Source: Minisyncoccia bacterium
Lineage (GTDB): Bacteria; Patescibacteriota; Minisyncoccia; Phycocordibacterales; CALRBL01
Direction of reading: 5' to 3'
Assembly (NCBI GenBank): GCA_038230075.1
Contig: JBBRNV010000001.1
Location: 114,667 to 178,666 of the forward strand
Length of the DNA: 64,000 nt
Part shown: positions 19,889-28,575 of the stretch, in pieces
Layout: each line of letters opens with the position of its first letter
Numbering within the stretch: position 1 is the stretch's first letter
Notes under the pieces: generated by a model
Seen by the model: the letters and a program-made list of their open reading frames with translations, nothing else
Told to the model about the DNA's origin: nothing
Databases searched by the model: none
Translations under genes and position numbers: made by a program

Positions 19889-21319
19889 ATGAAAGATATC
19901 CCCATCAAGCTTCACAACACCTTAACTGGAACAACTGACACCTTTTCTTCTCTCACCGACCATCGTGTTGGTATGTATCATTGTGGTCCGACGGTATATC
20001 ACTATGCACACATTGGAAACCTTCGTTCATATATATTAGCCGACACACTTAGACGAATGTTTGAAGTTAACGGATATTCAGTAAATCAAGTTATCAACCT
20101 CACCGATGTTGGACACCTCACCGGCGACAACTTAGGTGATGCTAATAGCGGTGAAGATCGAGTTGAAAAAGAAGCAAAGAAAGAAGGAAAAACTGCACAA
20201 GAAATTACCTCATTTTATATTGATGCTTTTTTCAAAGACTTACAAGCACTCAATATTGAAACTGAAGGAACACATTTTCCAAAACCAACTGATCATATTC
20301 CTGAGCAAATTAAAATGATTCAAGAACTTGAAGCAAAAGATGCTGTATACAGAATTTCAGACGGTATGTATTTTGATACATCAAAATATCCTCACTATGG
20401 AAAACTAGGTAATATCAATATCGAAGGACAAAAAGAAGGGGCACGTGTTGAAAGTACAGGAGAAAAACGAAATCCTTCAGACTTTGCGTTGTGGAAATTC
20501 TCTCCCGAAAATGAAAAACGGCAACAAGAGTGGGAATCTCCATGGGGAATTGGTTTTCCTGGTTGGCACATTGAGTGCTCTGCCATGAGTATGAAATATC
20601 TTGGCGAAACATTTGATGTTCACACTGGTGGTATCGATCATATTCCCGTACATCACAACAATGAAATTGCTCAATCTGAACTCGTGACAGGAAAACCTTT
20701 TGCCAACTACTGGCTACACAATGCCTTCGTTAATGTTAATGGAGGAAAGATTGGAAAATCTCTTGGTACCAGCGTGCTTCTTCAAGAAATTATTGAGAAG
20801 GGCTACTCTCCTCTTGATTATCGATATCTTCTTTTGCTTGCTCGATATAGTCAGCAAGTAAATTTTACCTATGAAATTTTAGATGCCGCTCGTGCAGCGA
20901 GAGAACGATTAGTAAAACATGCAAGTATGATTATTAATAAAGTCGACAATTCAAAATTAGAGTATGTTGAAAAATTTGTTGAGATCATTAATAACGACCT
21001 TGATACTCCTCAATTGATTGCCGAACTCTGGAATTCTCTCAAAAACGAATCAATTTCTGATGAAGAAAAACTAAATTACATTTATACCGTTGATAAACTT
21101 ACAGGACTTACCTTACTTACATCTGCAAAAGAATTGGCTCAAAAAGTGGTATCTCACATTCCTGAAAATATTATGTCGCTTATTCAACAACGCCTCGCTG
21201 CTCGTGAACAAAAAGCTTGGACAACATCAGACAAATTACGAGACCAAATCAATTCATTAGGTTACGATATCAAAGATATCCCAGACTCTCCTTTTTACAT
21301 TCTCGAATCAACACAATAA
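19889..21319 (+). CDS. cysS: Cysteinyl-tRNA synthetase
   Basis: MYHCGPTVYHYAHIGN HIGH motif, Zn-ligand Cys, KIGKSLG KMSKS motif. 476 aa. Confidence 0.95.
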   Translation: MKDIPIKLHNTLTGTTDTFSSLTDHRVGMYHCGPTVYHYAHIGNLRSYILADTLRRMFEVNGYSVNQVINLTDVGHLTGDNLGDANSGEDRVEKEAKKEGKTAQEITSFYIDAFFKDLQALNIETEGTHFPKPTDHIPEQIKMIQELEAKDAVYRISDGMYFDTSKYPHYGKLGNINIEGQKEGARVESTGEKRNPSDFALWKFSPENEKRQQEWESPWGIGFPGWHIECSAMSMKYLGETFDVHTGGIDHIPVHHNNEIAQSELVTGKPFANYWLHNAFVNVNGGKIGKSLGTSVLLQEIIEKGYSPLDYRYLLLLARYSQQVNFTYEILDAARAARERLVKHASMIINKVDNSKLEYVEKFVEIINNDLDTPQLIAELWNSLKNESISDEEKLNYIYTVDKLTGLTLLTSAKELAQKVVSHIPENIMSLIQQRLAAREQKAWTTSDKLRDQINSLGYDIKDIPDSPFYILESTQ

Positions 21320-21411
21320 AACACACATAGTACAGATGGAGCGATTCCGCACGCCTTCTATTAGATTTTCTAGACCGAAGACTTAGTGACACTGTGTACT
21401 ATATGTGTTTT
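21318..21411. repeat. Long-stem/conserved-loop palindromic element, copy B
   Basis: About 17-bp imperfect inverted repeat (aaaacacacatagtacag / ctgtgtactatatgtgtttt). It encloses a 56-nt loop, GGAGCGATTCCGCACGCC...GACCGAAGACTTAGTGACA, sharing the core with copy A. It starts inside the cysS stop codon. Confidence 0.55.
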
Positions 21412-22928
21412 GTTATGTTGATAACTCAGTGGACAACCTGTTCAAAACTCTTCTCATTCTTACTTTGTCCCCCTCCTTCGCTTCGTGTTACAATCACCTC
21501 AACATGCAGCCTGATATCCAAACTCAAAACTTCCCTAAAAACAGAACTGCTACTTTAAATATGACAGGTGTTCGTCTTCCCCCTCAAAATCTCGACTCTG
21601 AAAAAGCTTTTCTTGGTTCTATTATGCTTCGACCAGAATCAATTCATGAAGTAATGGATGTGATTAGTTACGAAACATTCTATTCTGATCGACATCGAAT
21701 CATTTATACAGCTATGCTCGATTTGTTTAATAAAGGCGAACCAATCGACTTTGTTTCCCTTTCTGCAAAACTTCGAGAAAAAGGATTATTCGAACAATCA
21801 GGTGGAGCAAGTTACTTAACTGAACTTGTTCACATTGTTCCCTCATCAGCAAACATCAAACACTATGCAGGCACCATCGACAAAAAGCATCGAATGCGAA
21901 AGTTGATTGAAGCTGCAGAACATATTGAAAGAATTGGATACGACGAAAGCGGTGAGATTGAAGAATTACTCGACGAAGCAGAAAAAAAGATTTTCTCTGT
22001 TACAAACTATCAAGGAACTCACAAATTTATTCACCTCAAAGACACACTCGGAGAAGCACTCGAAAGACTCGATACGCTTCATAAAAACCAAGATCAAGTA
22101 CGAGGTGTACGAACAGGATTCAAAGATCTTGATAGTAAACTCTCTGGATTTCAAAAATCAGACCTTGTTATTCTTGCTGCTCGACCTTCTATGGGAAAAA
22201 CATCTCTCGCCCTCGATCTCGCTCGAAATGCAGCTGTGCAACACAATCATCCTGTAGCAATCTTCTCTCTTGAAATGAGTTCTCAGCAATTGGTTGATCG
22301 TATGCTTGCGGCTCAAGGAAACGTTGACTCATGGAAAATTCGAACAGGACACGGCACAACTGAAGACGATTTCATGCGACTTCGAGATGCAAGTGACAAA
22401 CTTTCAAAAGCTCCTATATTCATTGATGACCAACCTGGAAATAATATTGTAAAAATGAGAGCAGTTTGCAGACGACTGAAAGCTGAACACGGGCTCGATA
22501 TGATTATCGTCGATTATTTGCAGCTCATGAATCCAGTTTCTAATAGATTTGCTGACAGTATGGTGAATCAAGTAACAGAAATTTCTAAATCACTAAAACA
22601 ACTCGCCCGAGAAATGGACGTGCCTGTTATTGCACTTTCTCAGTTAAACCGAGCAGTTGAAGCTCGAGGTGGAGAACCTCGACTATCTGACCTTCGAGAT
22701 TCAGGTTCTATTGAACAAGATGCTGACGTTGTTATGTTTATTCACCGAGAAGATAAATACAATAAAGAATCTGATAAACCAGGTATTGCAAGAATCATGA
22801 TTGAAAAACATCGAAATGGTCCGACAGGTGCTGTTGAGCTCTACTTCAACGAAAAGAAAACCTCATTTCAAAATATTGATAAGAGTGAATTTAATATGGG
22901 AAGTGCTGGAGCCTTCGGTTCGTTTTAG
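21405..22928 (+). CDS. dnaB: Replicative DNA helicase DnaB (start uncertain; possibly ~21505 or ~21562)
   Basis: DnaB N-domain (LPPQNLDSEKAFLGSIML), Walker A (RPSMGKTSLALDLA), RecA-like C-domain. The first ~50 codons overlap element B and are probably not translated. Confidence 0.9.
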   Translation: MFCYVDNSVDNLFKTLLILTLSPSFASCYNHLNMQPDIQTQNFPKNRTATLNMTGVRLPPQNLDSEKAFLGSIMLRPESIHEVMDVISYETFYSDRHRIIYTAMLDLFNKGEPIDFVSLSAKLREKGLFEQSGGASYLTELVHIVPSSANIKHYAGTIDKKHRMRKLIEAAEHIERIGYDESGEIEELLDEAEKKIFSVTNYQGTHKFIHLKDTLGEALERLDTLHKNQDQVRGVRTGFKDLDSKLSGFQKSDLVILAARPSMGKTSLALDLARNAAVQHNHPVAIFSLEMSSQQLVDRMLAAQGNVDSWKIRTGHGTTEDDFMRLRDASDKLSKAPIFIDDQPGNNIVKMRAVCRRLKAEHGLDMIIVDYLQLMNPVSNRFADSMVNQVTEISKSLKQLAREMDVPVIALSQLNRAVEARGGEPRLSDLRDSGSIEQDADVVMFIHREDKYNKESDKPGIARIMIEKHRNGPTGAVELYFNEKKTSFQNIDKSEFNMGSAGAFGSF

Positions 22929-22946
22929 ACATATTCATAAATTTAA

Positions 22947-23585
22947 ATGGATCCAATCACCCGACTCTCAGAAATATTTCGACACTTTCCAGGAATTGGT
23001 CCGCGGCAAGCAAAACGTTTCGTCTACTATCTTCTAACACGTGACAAAAAAGTATTAAAAGAATTATCTGACCATCTTCTTGAACTACGAGACATTGTTC
23101 GAATGTGTGAAGATTGCTATCGATTTTTTGAATTCAAACCACACACATCTGCAACATCAGATGCCAAATGCTCAATTTGTCGAAACACTCATCGTGATCG
23201 AACACTTATTATGATTGTGGCTAAAGATCAAGATTTAGAAACTATTGAAAAAAGTAAAACATTTCATGGGGTGTACTTTGTACTTGGTGGAACGATTCCC
23301 TTATTAGATAAAGCGCCTGAACAAGCAGTTCGATTACGTGAATTTCGAAAACGAATTGAAAAAGGAATCAAAGAAGACAATTTGGCTGAAGTAATTATTG
23401 CTCAAAACATGAATACTGAAGGAGAATATACTTCAAGTTTTATTCAAGGAGAATTGGAAGAAATGAAACAGAAACATCCTTTTATTATTTCCCTTCTTGG
23501 CCGAGGTCTTTCAACAGGCACCGAACTTGAATATTCTGACTCTGAAACACTTAAATTTGCACTAGGTTCAAGAATTAAGCGATAA
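22947..23585 (+). CDS. recR: Recombination protein RecR
   Basis: HhH (FPGIGPRQAKRFVYYLL), C4 zinc finger (CEDC...CSIC), Toprim domain. Confidence 0.9.
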   Translation: MDPITRLSEIFRHFPGIGPRQAKRFVYYLLTRDKKVLKELSDHLLELRDIVRMCEDCYRFFEFKPHTSATSDAKCSICRNTHRDRTLIMIVAKDQDLETIEKSKTFHGVYFVLGGTIPLLDKAPEQAVRLREFRKRIEKGIKEDNLAEVIIAQNMNTEGEYTSSFIQGELEEMKQKHPFIISLLGRGLSTGTELEYSDSETLKFALGSRIKR

Positions 23586-23597
23586 GATAAAGTCTCA

Positions 23598-23678
23598 CTA
23601 AAATAACAAAAGACCTTTCTTCAACGTCCTCGGCCTTACAGCCTGCGAATGCTTCAGAAAGGTCTTTTGTTATTTTAG
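23598..23678. repeat. Long-stem/conserved-loop palindromic element, copy C (short-loop variant, inverted)
   Basis: 23-bp perfect inverted repeat (ctaaaataacaaaagacctttct / agaaaggtcttttgttattttag) with a 35-nt loop. The reverse complement of the loop (GAAGCATTCGCAGGC...GGCCGAGGACGTTGA) resembles the A/B core. It sits between the convergent recR and rplU stops. Confidence 0.5.
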
Positions 23679-24152
23679 CTATGCTAACTTTTCAATCTGA
23701 ACTTGAAAGAATGGCTGTCGGTGTCCGTTTTTCTTGAAGTATCTACTCTTCTGTTTGTATTTGATGATAGTAACTTTTGCATGTCGTCCGATCTTCACAA
23801 GCTTTGAAGTAACCTTTGTTCCAGTAAATGGAGCTCCAACAGTTGTTGTTGTTCCAGTGTTTGAAAGAAGTACATTATCGAATGAGATAGTATCTCCTTC
23901 TTTGTATTCTCCAAGCATCTTTTCAATCTTTAAAAGATCACCAACATGAACTACATATTGCTTTCCACCTGTCATGATAATAGCGAAATCTGTAGCATTT
24001 TCTGCCTTTTCTGCTTTTTTATAATGTTTGATCAAAGATTTAGAAGTTGTTGATGCCGTTGTTTCTGTAGAAACTGTTGCAACATCTGCCTTTTTAGCCT
24101 TTGGAGCTGCTTTTTTCTTAGTTATTTCTTTTGCCATAAGTTCAAGCATCAT
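23679..24152 (-). CDS. rplU: 50S ribosomal protein L21 with ~55-aa Lys/Ala-rich N-terminal extension
   Basis: FAIIMTGGKQYVVHVGD...RHAKVTIIKYKQKSRYFKKNGHRQPF matches L21. It is preceded by a KKAAPKAKK-type tail. Confidence 0.85.
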   Translation of the reverse strand: MMLELMAKEITKKKAAPKAKKADVATVSTETTASTTSKSLIKHYKKAEKAENATDFAIIMTGGKQYVVHVGDLLKIEKMLGEYKEGDTISFDNVLLSNTGTTTTVGAPFTGTKVTSKLVKIGRHAKVTIIKYKQKSRYFKKNGHRQPFFQVQIEKLA

Positions 24153-24249
24153 AACCTAAAAGGTTAATTGGCGCAATATATACCCTTCCTTTATAAAAAC
24201 TGACAACCGCCCGACCCTCAACGAAGAGAGTGGGCGGTCAAAGATCGGC

Positions 24250-24588
24250 TTATCGCCGGTCTGGGTGAATGGGGAGACGTCTTACGCGCCAATTATAGCG
24301 GTGGGAACGAACGTCCATAGCGTGACAACTTGGACACTCTGACCTAACTGTTGCCATTTGTTTTCCACAACCGTCGTCCGGTTCGTAAAACAATTCAATC
24401 ACCTTCTCCTTCTTAAGAAGACTGCTGCATTTCAAACACTTCGGAAGTGAGAGGAAGTGAAGCAGAAGCCAAAGTGCCGAGCCAGCCAAAAGAATAAGGC
24501 TTACCCAACTTAGAAACATGAGGAATTGCATTGTATTAGAAACCGAGGTGTTCTGTTTCGCGATCGAGACAGCAAAGATTTCGAGCAT
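24250..24588 (-). CDS. Small membrane protein with C-terminal zinc-ribbon (CxxC...CxxC); start probably internal
   Basis: TM helix (LMFLSWVSLILLAGSALWLLL), then CLKC ... CPSC. The 3' end overlaps nested inverted repeats, so the C-terminal tail is doubtful. Confidence 0.4.
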   Translation of the reverse strand: MLEIFAVSIAKQNTSVSNTMQFLMFLSWVSLILLAGSALWLLLHFLSLPKCLKCSSLLKKEKVIELFYEPDDGCGKQMATVRSECPSCHAMDVRSHRYNWRVRRLPIHPDRR

Positions 24589-24673
24589 TGGAAAAAGGGG
24601 TTGAGGTGAACCAATTTAAAAAACAGCTTTCAATACTATACAATAAGTTCAAGCTTTGTACAGAAAAACTCTA

Positions 24674-25762
24674 TTACTCCCCTCCCTCAATTAATGGTTT
24701 TTCAATCGTATTAATTTCAAGTTCAACCGTTGAACCAGTGATGCGTGTAATATCTTTATTTATTTTCTTAAATTCTTTGTTGGTCGCATTGAAATGATTA
24801 ACCACCGTTCCAAGTGCTCCACCAAGTTTTGTATGATATTCCTCATAGCTTCGAAGATGTCGTGCAAGCTCTTCAACATTTTCTCGGATTTCTTTTGCTG
24901 ATTCTTCAACCTGAAGCGCTTTCAATCCTTGAAGAACAGTTTGAAGATATGCCAAAAACGATGTTGGAGAAACAATAATCACTCTTTTATCTTTAAAGGC
25001 ATATTCAATTAAATCTCTCGTATTCATTTTTACCGCACCCACCTCTGATACGAGAAGATCATAATAAAGTGCTTCGTGTGGAATAAACATGAAAGCGAAA
25101 TCCATTGTTCCCTCACTTGGTTTTACATACTTAGCAGTTTCATCAATTCTATTTTTTAGATCTGCTTTAAATGCTCGTTCAAGTCGTTCTTGTTCTGATG
25201 GATCATGCGCACCAAGCAAACGATTATAGTTTTCAAGAGAAAATTTTGAGTCGATAGGAATAATTTTTTCTTTAATAAACACCACCGCATCAACTATTGT
25301 TCCGTCTTTAAATGTGTACTGCATTTGATAGCTTCCTGTTGGTAATACATTTTTAAGAAGTGTTTCTAAATAGTATTCACCTAAAATTCCTCGCTGTTTT
25401 GGATTCTTTAGAATGTCTTGAAGTGACTGCAACTGATCAGCGAAAGAAACAACTTGTTTATTAGTCTCGTCGAGGCGTGTTAATTTTTCAGTGATATCTC
25501 GAACAATTTTTACTGTCTCACCCGCTTGAAATCGCATTGATTCCTGCATATCTTTCGCTGATGTTCCAATCTTGTGATCAACAGTTCGTGAGAGTTCATT
25601 CATTTGAGCAAGAATCAGTTCGAGTCCTTTGTCGTTTCCATTCATTTTTTCGAGATCATTGCGTGTTCCAATCTTTTTACTCATGAACCACAAGATTCCA
25701 CCAACAATAAGAACTTGCAGAATGATAACCACTGCAACAATGAGAATGAAAGATGAATTCAT
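24674..25762 (-). CDS. rmuC: DNA recombination protein RmuC
   Basis: N-terminal TM, long coiled-coil, C-terminal nuclease-like domain with FMFIPHEALYYDLL (RmuC signature). Confidence 0.8.
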   Translation of the reverse strand: MNSSFILIVAVVIILQVLIVGGILWFMSKKIGTRNDLEKMNGNDKGLELILAQMNELSRTVDHKIGTSAKDMQESMRFQAGETVKIVRDITEKLTRLDETNKQVVSFADQLQSLQDILKNPKQRGILGEYYLETLLKNVLPTGSYQMQYTFKDGTIVDAVVFIKEKIIPIDSKFSLENYNRLLGAHDPSEQERLERAFKADLKNRIDETAKYVKPSEGTMDFAFMFIPHEALYYDLLVSEVGAVKMNTRDLIEYAFKDKRVIIVSPTSFLAYLQTVLQGLKALQVEESAKEIRENVEELARHLRSYEEYHTKLGGALGTVVNHFNATNKEFKKINKDITRITGSTVELEINTIEKPLIEGGE

Positions 25763-25805
25763 GTGGTCAGTATATCAAAAAGTGAAGGTATGCTAAAATT
25801 CACTT

Positions 25806-26276
25806 ATGAATCAAGACACCGTACAACAATCAATTAAAAATCAGATTAAAGATGCAATGCTCGCAAAAGACGCACTTCGACTAAGTGTGCTTCGCGGACT
25901 CGCATCAATGTTCACAAACGAACTCGTTGCAAAAGGATTAAAGCCTCAAGAAGTATTGAAAGACGAAGATGCTCTTGCTGTTATTAGACGAGCTATTAAA
26001 CAACGAAAAGACTCTATCGAACAGTTTGAGAAAGGAGGACGAGCAGATTTAGCCGCAGACGAAAAAGCGGAATTAGCAATTCTTGAAACATTTGTTCCTG
26101 CTCAAATGAGCAAAGAAGATGTAGAAAAGGTTGTTGCCGCTAAAAAGGCTGAAATGGGAGCTGACGGTGCTGATAAGACCAAAATGGGCCTATTAATGCG
26201 TGCTGTGATGACAGAACTCAAAGGAAAGGCTGATGGAATGGTGGTTAAAGAGGTAGTTGACTCTTCTTTCAATTAG
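25806..26276 (+). CDS. yqeY: GatB/YqeY domain protein
   Basis: Typical YqeY layout (IKDAMLAKDALRLSVLRGL...) and size (156 aa). Confidence 0.8.
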   Translation: MNQDTVQQSIKNQIKDAMLAKDALRLSVLRGLASMFTNELVAKGLKPQEVLKDEDALAVIRRAIKQRKDSIEQFEKGGRADLAADEKAELAILETFVPAQMSKEDVEKVVAAKKAEMGADGADKTKMGLLMRAVMTELKGKADGMVVKEVVDSSFN

Positions 26277-26351
26277 TGGGATAATTGAGGCCAGATAGCA
26301 GCACTTTGTTATTCCCCTTCTACATTTGCTCACCAACAAACTCCAAACAAA

Positions 26352-26555
26352 ATGCCCGAACAGAACACCCTTGAAGGAGCCTTGGCCCGCCTTCGTTCCA
26401 CAATGAAAGACGTTGGCGAAGTGCGAGCAACAGCTCAACAACTTCAGACAAGAAAGCACACTTTCGTCTCAGGGGCGTGGAAAAACGCCACCCGAATCGA
26501 AAGATCGCAACCACGCGACTCTCTCGATTATCTCATCGAAAAAGACGGTTGGTGA
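26352..26555 (+). CDS. Small hypothetical protein (67 aa) in a GC-elevated segment
   Basis: Coding-like codon pattern, followed by two hairpins including a strong intrinsic terminator. No family recognised; could alternatively be an ncRNA. Confidence 0.3.
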   Translation: MPEQNTLEGALARLRSTMKDVGEVRATAQQLQTRKHTFVSGAWKNATRIERSQPRDSLDYLIEKDGW

Positions 26556-26575
26556 AAACCAACCGAAACCAAGGA

Positions 26576-26607
26576 GCCCGACCTCGCGTCGGGCCTTTCC
26601 TTTTTAT
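26576..26607 (+). terminator. Rho-independent terminator (GCCCGAC CTCGC GTCGGGC + CTTTCCTTTTTATAT)
   Basis: Perfect 7-bp GC stem followed by a T-tract. It also lies 3' of the convergent SGNH hydrolase gene. Confidence 0.7.
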
Positions 26608-26613
26608 ATAAAA

Positions 26614-27213
26614 CTATTTCAACAAACTTTTAAGAACTGGATACACTCGATCGGCAATCTTTGCATATCCAATATCATTAGGATGCACTGCGTCAGACAT
26701 ATATTCTGAATGAGTCACCAAACCATCAAGCACATTTGAAACATACCCAACTCCCTTTCGCTTCGCTAAGTCTTTAAATAATGATTCAAACTGGTCTGAG
26801 AAAATTCCTCCTTGAACACCGAGAAGTAACACAATAGAACCTGACTCTTGAAGCTTAGTCACGATAGTTTCTAAATTTTTAAATGTTTGTTCTTTAGGAA
26901 CTTTCTTTAAATAATCATTTCCTCCAAGAAGCACGATCACTATTTGTGGCTTCATTTCAATCACCGCATCAATTCGCGCAAGACCGTCTGCTGTTGTGTT
27001 TCCAGATACTCCAAGATTAACAATTGGTTGTGCTATCTTTTTTGAGAGATCACTAACTAAATCGTTTCCATTTGTTGCGCCAATTCCTTCAATTAAGCTA
27101 TCACCGCGAAGTCTGTCGACTTGATGTCGAAAGAAGTCACCGTAAGACTGATCAACGCCTACTGAGAAGAAGTGGATCGGTTGGTTAACCCAAAGGGCGG
27201 TGCGCATACGCAC
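26614..27213 (-). CDS. SGNH/GDSL-family hydrolase
   Basis: GGND block (IVIVLLGGNDYL) and C-terminal DxxH (DAVHPN). The N-terminal Ser block is degenerate. Confidence 0.6.
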   Translation of the reverse strand: MRMRTALWVNQPIHFFSVGVDQSYGDFFRHQVDRLRGDSLIEGIGATNGNDLVSDLSKKIAQPIVNLGVSGNTTADGLARIDAVIEMKPQIVIVLLGGNDYLKKVPKEQTFKNLETIVTKLQESGSIVLLLGVQGGIFSDQFESLFKDLAKRKGVGYVSNVLDGLVTHSEYMSDAVHPNDIGYAKIADRVYPVLKSLLK

Positions 27214-27248
27214 CGCCCTTTGTTTGTTATTATTTTTTTATTGAATGA

Positions 27249-27977
27249 TTACTTCAAACTATCGATGTGAAAAGTGACTACATAATCTTCTTGATTCAAT
27301 TTTATTGTTGAATATTTTGTAGGAGAAACATCACTGATTCCTATCTTGTATCTACTGAATGAATATGTTGGTTGGTTTGAAATCAAGTCAAATGTTCTTG
27401 TTACCGTGCTATCTGTTAATGTGACATTTACCGTAACTGAGCCTGCTTGAATACACTGAACATCAACAGCACAACGACTGTCACTTACAATTCCATTTAG
27501 TTTTATTCTGACATCCGAATTTTCTACCGTTGTTGCAGCTCCAACTTTTAATGAAATATTTGCTGAGACGTATCCTGTACTTGTTGCAACAGGAGTTGTT
27601 CCTTCTCGAACAACAAATGAAAGAATAGTTGGAATTCCCTGCGAATCAATTGTGTAAGTGAAATCAGCTACATACGCATTGTGGCCATCTTCGTATGAGA
27701 CAGCACCGACTCCTTTATGTGATTCAATGTGGGTAACATAGAATGTTCCACCAAGTGTTGGAGACTTTGGAGAAAGATTTGAAATATTCGTTGTGATATA
27801 TGTTTCGATAGTTTGGCTTTCAACTGGAATTTGTACTTGAGCTCCTGTTGAGGTTGAAGTTTGATTTCCGACAATTCCCGTACTTATCAAACTATTACTT
27901 GCGATATAGGCATAGACAAAAAGCCCGACGATAATAACGGTAATAATTGAAAGAGTGAGTGTAATGTTTTTAGTCAT
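27249..27977 (-). CDS. Membrane-anchored Thr/Ser-rich beta-rich protein, unknown function
   Basis: N-terminal TM, then a T/S/V-rich extracellular region with a Cys pair (CAVDVQC). Confidence 0.5.
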   Translation of the reverse strand: MTKNITLTLSIITVIIVGLFVYAYIASNSLISTGIVGNQTSTSTGAQVQIPVESQTIETYITTNISNLSPKSPTLGGTFYVTHIESHKGVGAVSYEDGHNAYVADFTYTIDSQGIPTILSFVVREGTTPVATSTGYVSANISLKVGAATTVENSDVRIKLNGIVSDSRCAVDVQCIQAGSVTVNVTLTDSTVTRTFDLISNQPTYSFSRYKIGISDVSPTKYSTIKLNQEDYVVTFHIDSLK

Positions 27978-28047
27978 GTTTATGCAGTAAATATAATAAG
28001 GTCTACCTAGTTAAGACGGTTGAATACGTGAAGCATGACAATGTCTG

Positions 28048-28119
28048 CGACCCTACAGGGAGTCGAACCCTGCTTTAAGCCTTGAGAAGGCTTCGTCCTA
28101 ACCGATAGACGATAGGGCC
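28048..28119 (-). tRNA. tRNA-Glu (anticodon CUC)
   Basis: Manual cloverleaf: acceptor GGCCCUA/UAGGGUC, D-stem GUCU/GGAC, anticodon stem AAGCC/GGCUU with loop UUCUCAA, T-arm CAGGG-UUCGACU-CCCUG. CCA is not encoded. Confidence 0.85.
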
Positions 28120-28224
28120 ATTACTGGCAGAGTAACTTTATACCATTAAAAGCCCTGTAGCAAAGCCAAGGTGTTTACGAAATAAAATAAGAGTATACTT
28201 ATAAAAGCTTTCTGTTCCCTATGT

Positions 28225-28515
28225 ATGAAGCGAAGAACTCATAGAGCTTCTCGAGTTTTACAGAGTCAACTTGAAACACAACTTGGTCATCCGTTTGTTG
28301 TGTATCATAAGAAGCTTGTTTACGAATTGGGATTCACCCTTTACGCAATTAGACTTCAGACTCGTTTTAACTTACGACGAAGCGCATTGTTAATTAGATA
28401 CCATCAACCAATGGATGAAGAAACGCGAGAAATTGCTCGGCGTCAATATGGCGAGACGTGTGTCATCGGCCACTATTTGTGGCAATTGTATCTAGGCGAT
28501 TCAACGCCGCCTTAA
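28225..28515 (+). CDS. Hypothetical basic protein (96 aa)
   Basis: ORF followed by a plus-oriented terminator; no family recognised. Confidence 0.3.
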   Translation: MKRRTHRASRVLQSQLETQLGHPFVVYHKKLVYELGFTLYAIRLQTRFNLRRSALLIRYHQPMDEETREIARRQYGETCVIGHYLWQLYLGDSTPP

Positions 28516-28540
28516 TATCACCCTCAATCGAAGACGTAGA

Positions 28541-28566
28541 GGCGCGTACAAAAACGCGCCTTTTAC
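28541..28566 (+). terminator. Rho-independent terminator (GGCGCGT ACAAAAA ACGCGCC TTTTAC)
   Basis: 7-bp GC stem followed by a T-run on the plus strand. Confidence 0.65.
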
Positions 28567-28575
28567 AATAACGAA

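Noticed and set aside
21405-21560. N-terminal 50-residue extension of DnaB as a distinct domain
   Set aside because: More likely a mis-called start. The region overlaps palindromic element B, and DnaB homology begins near residue 55. Reported only as start-site uncertainty.
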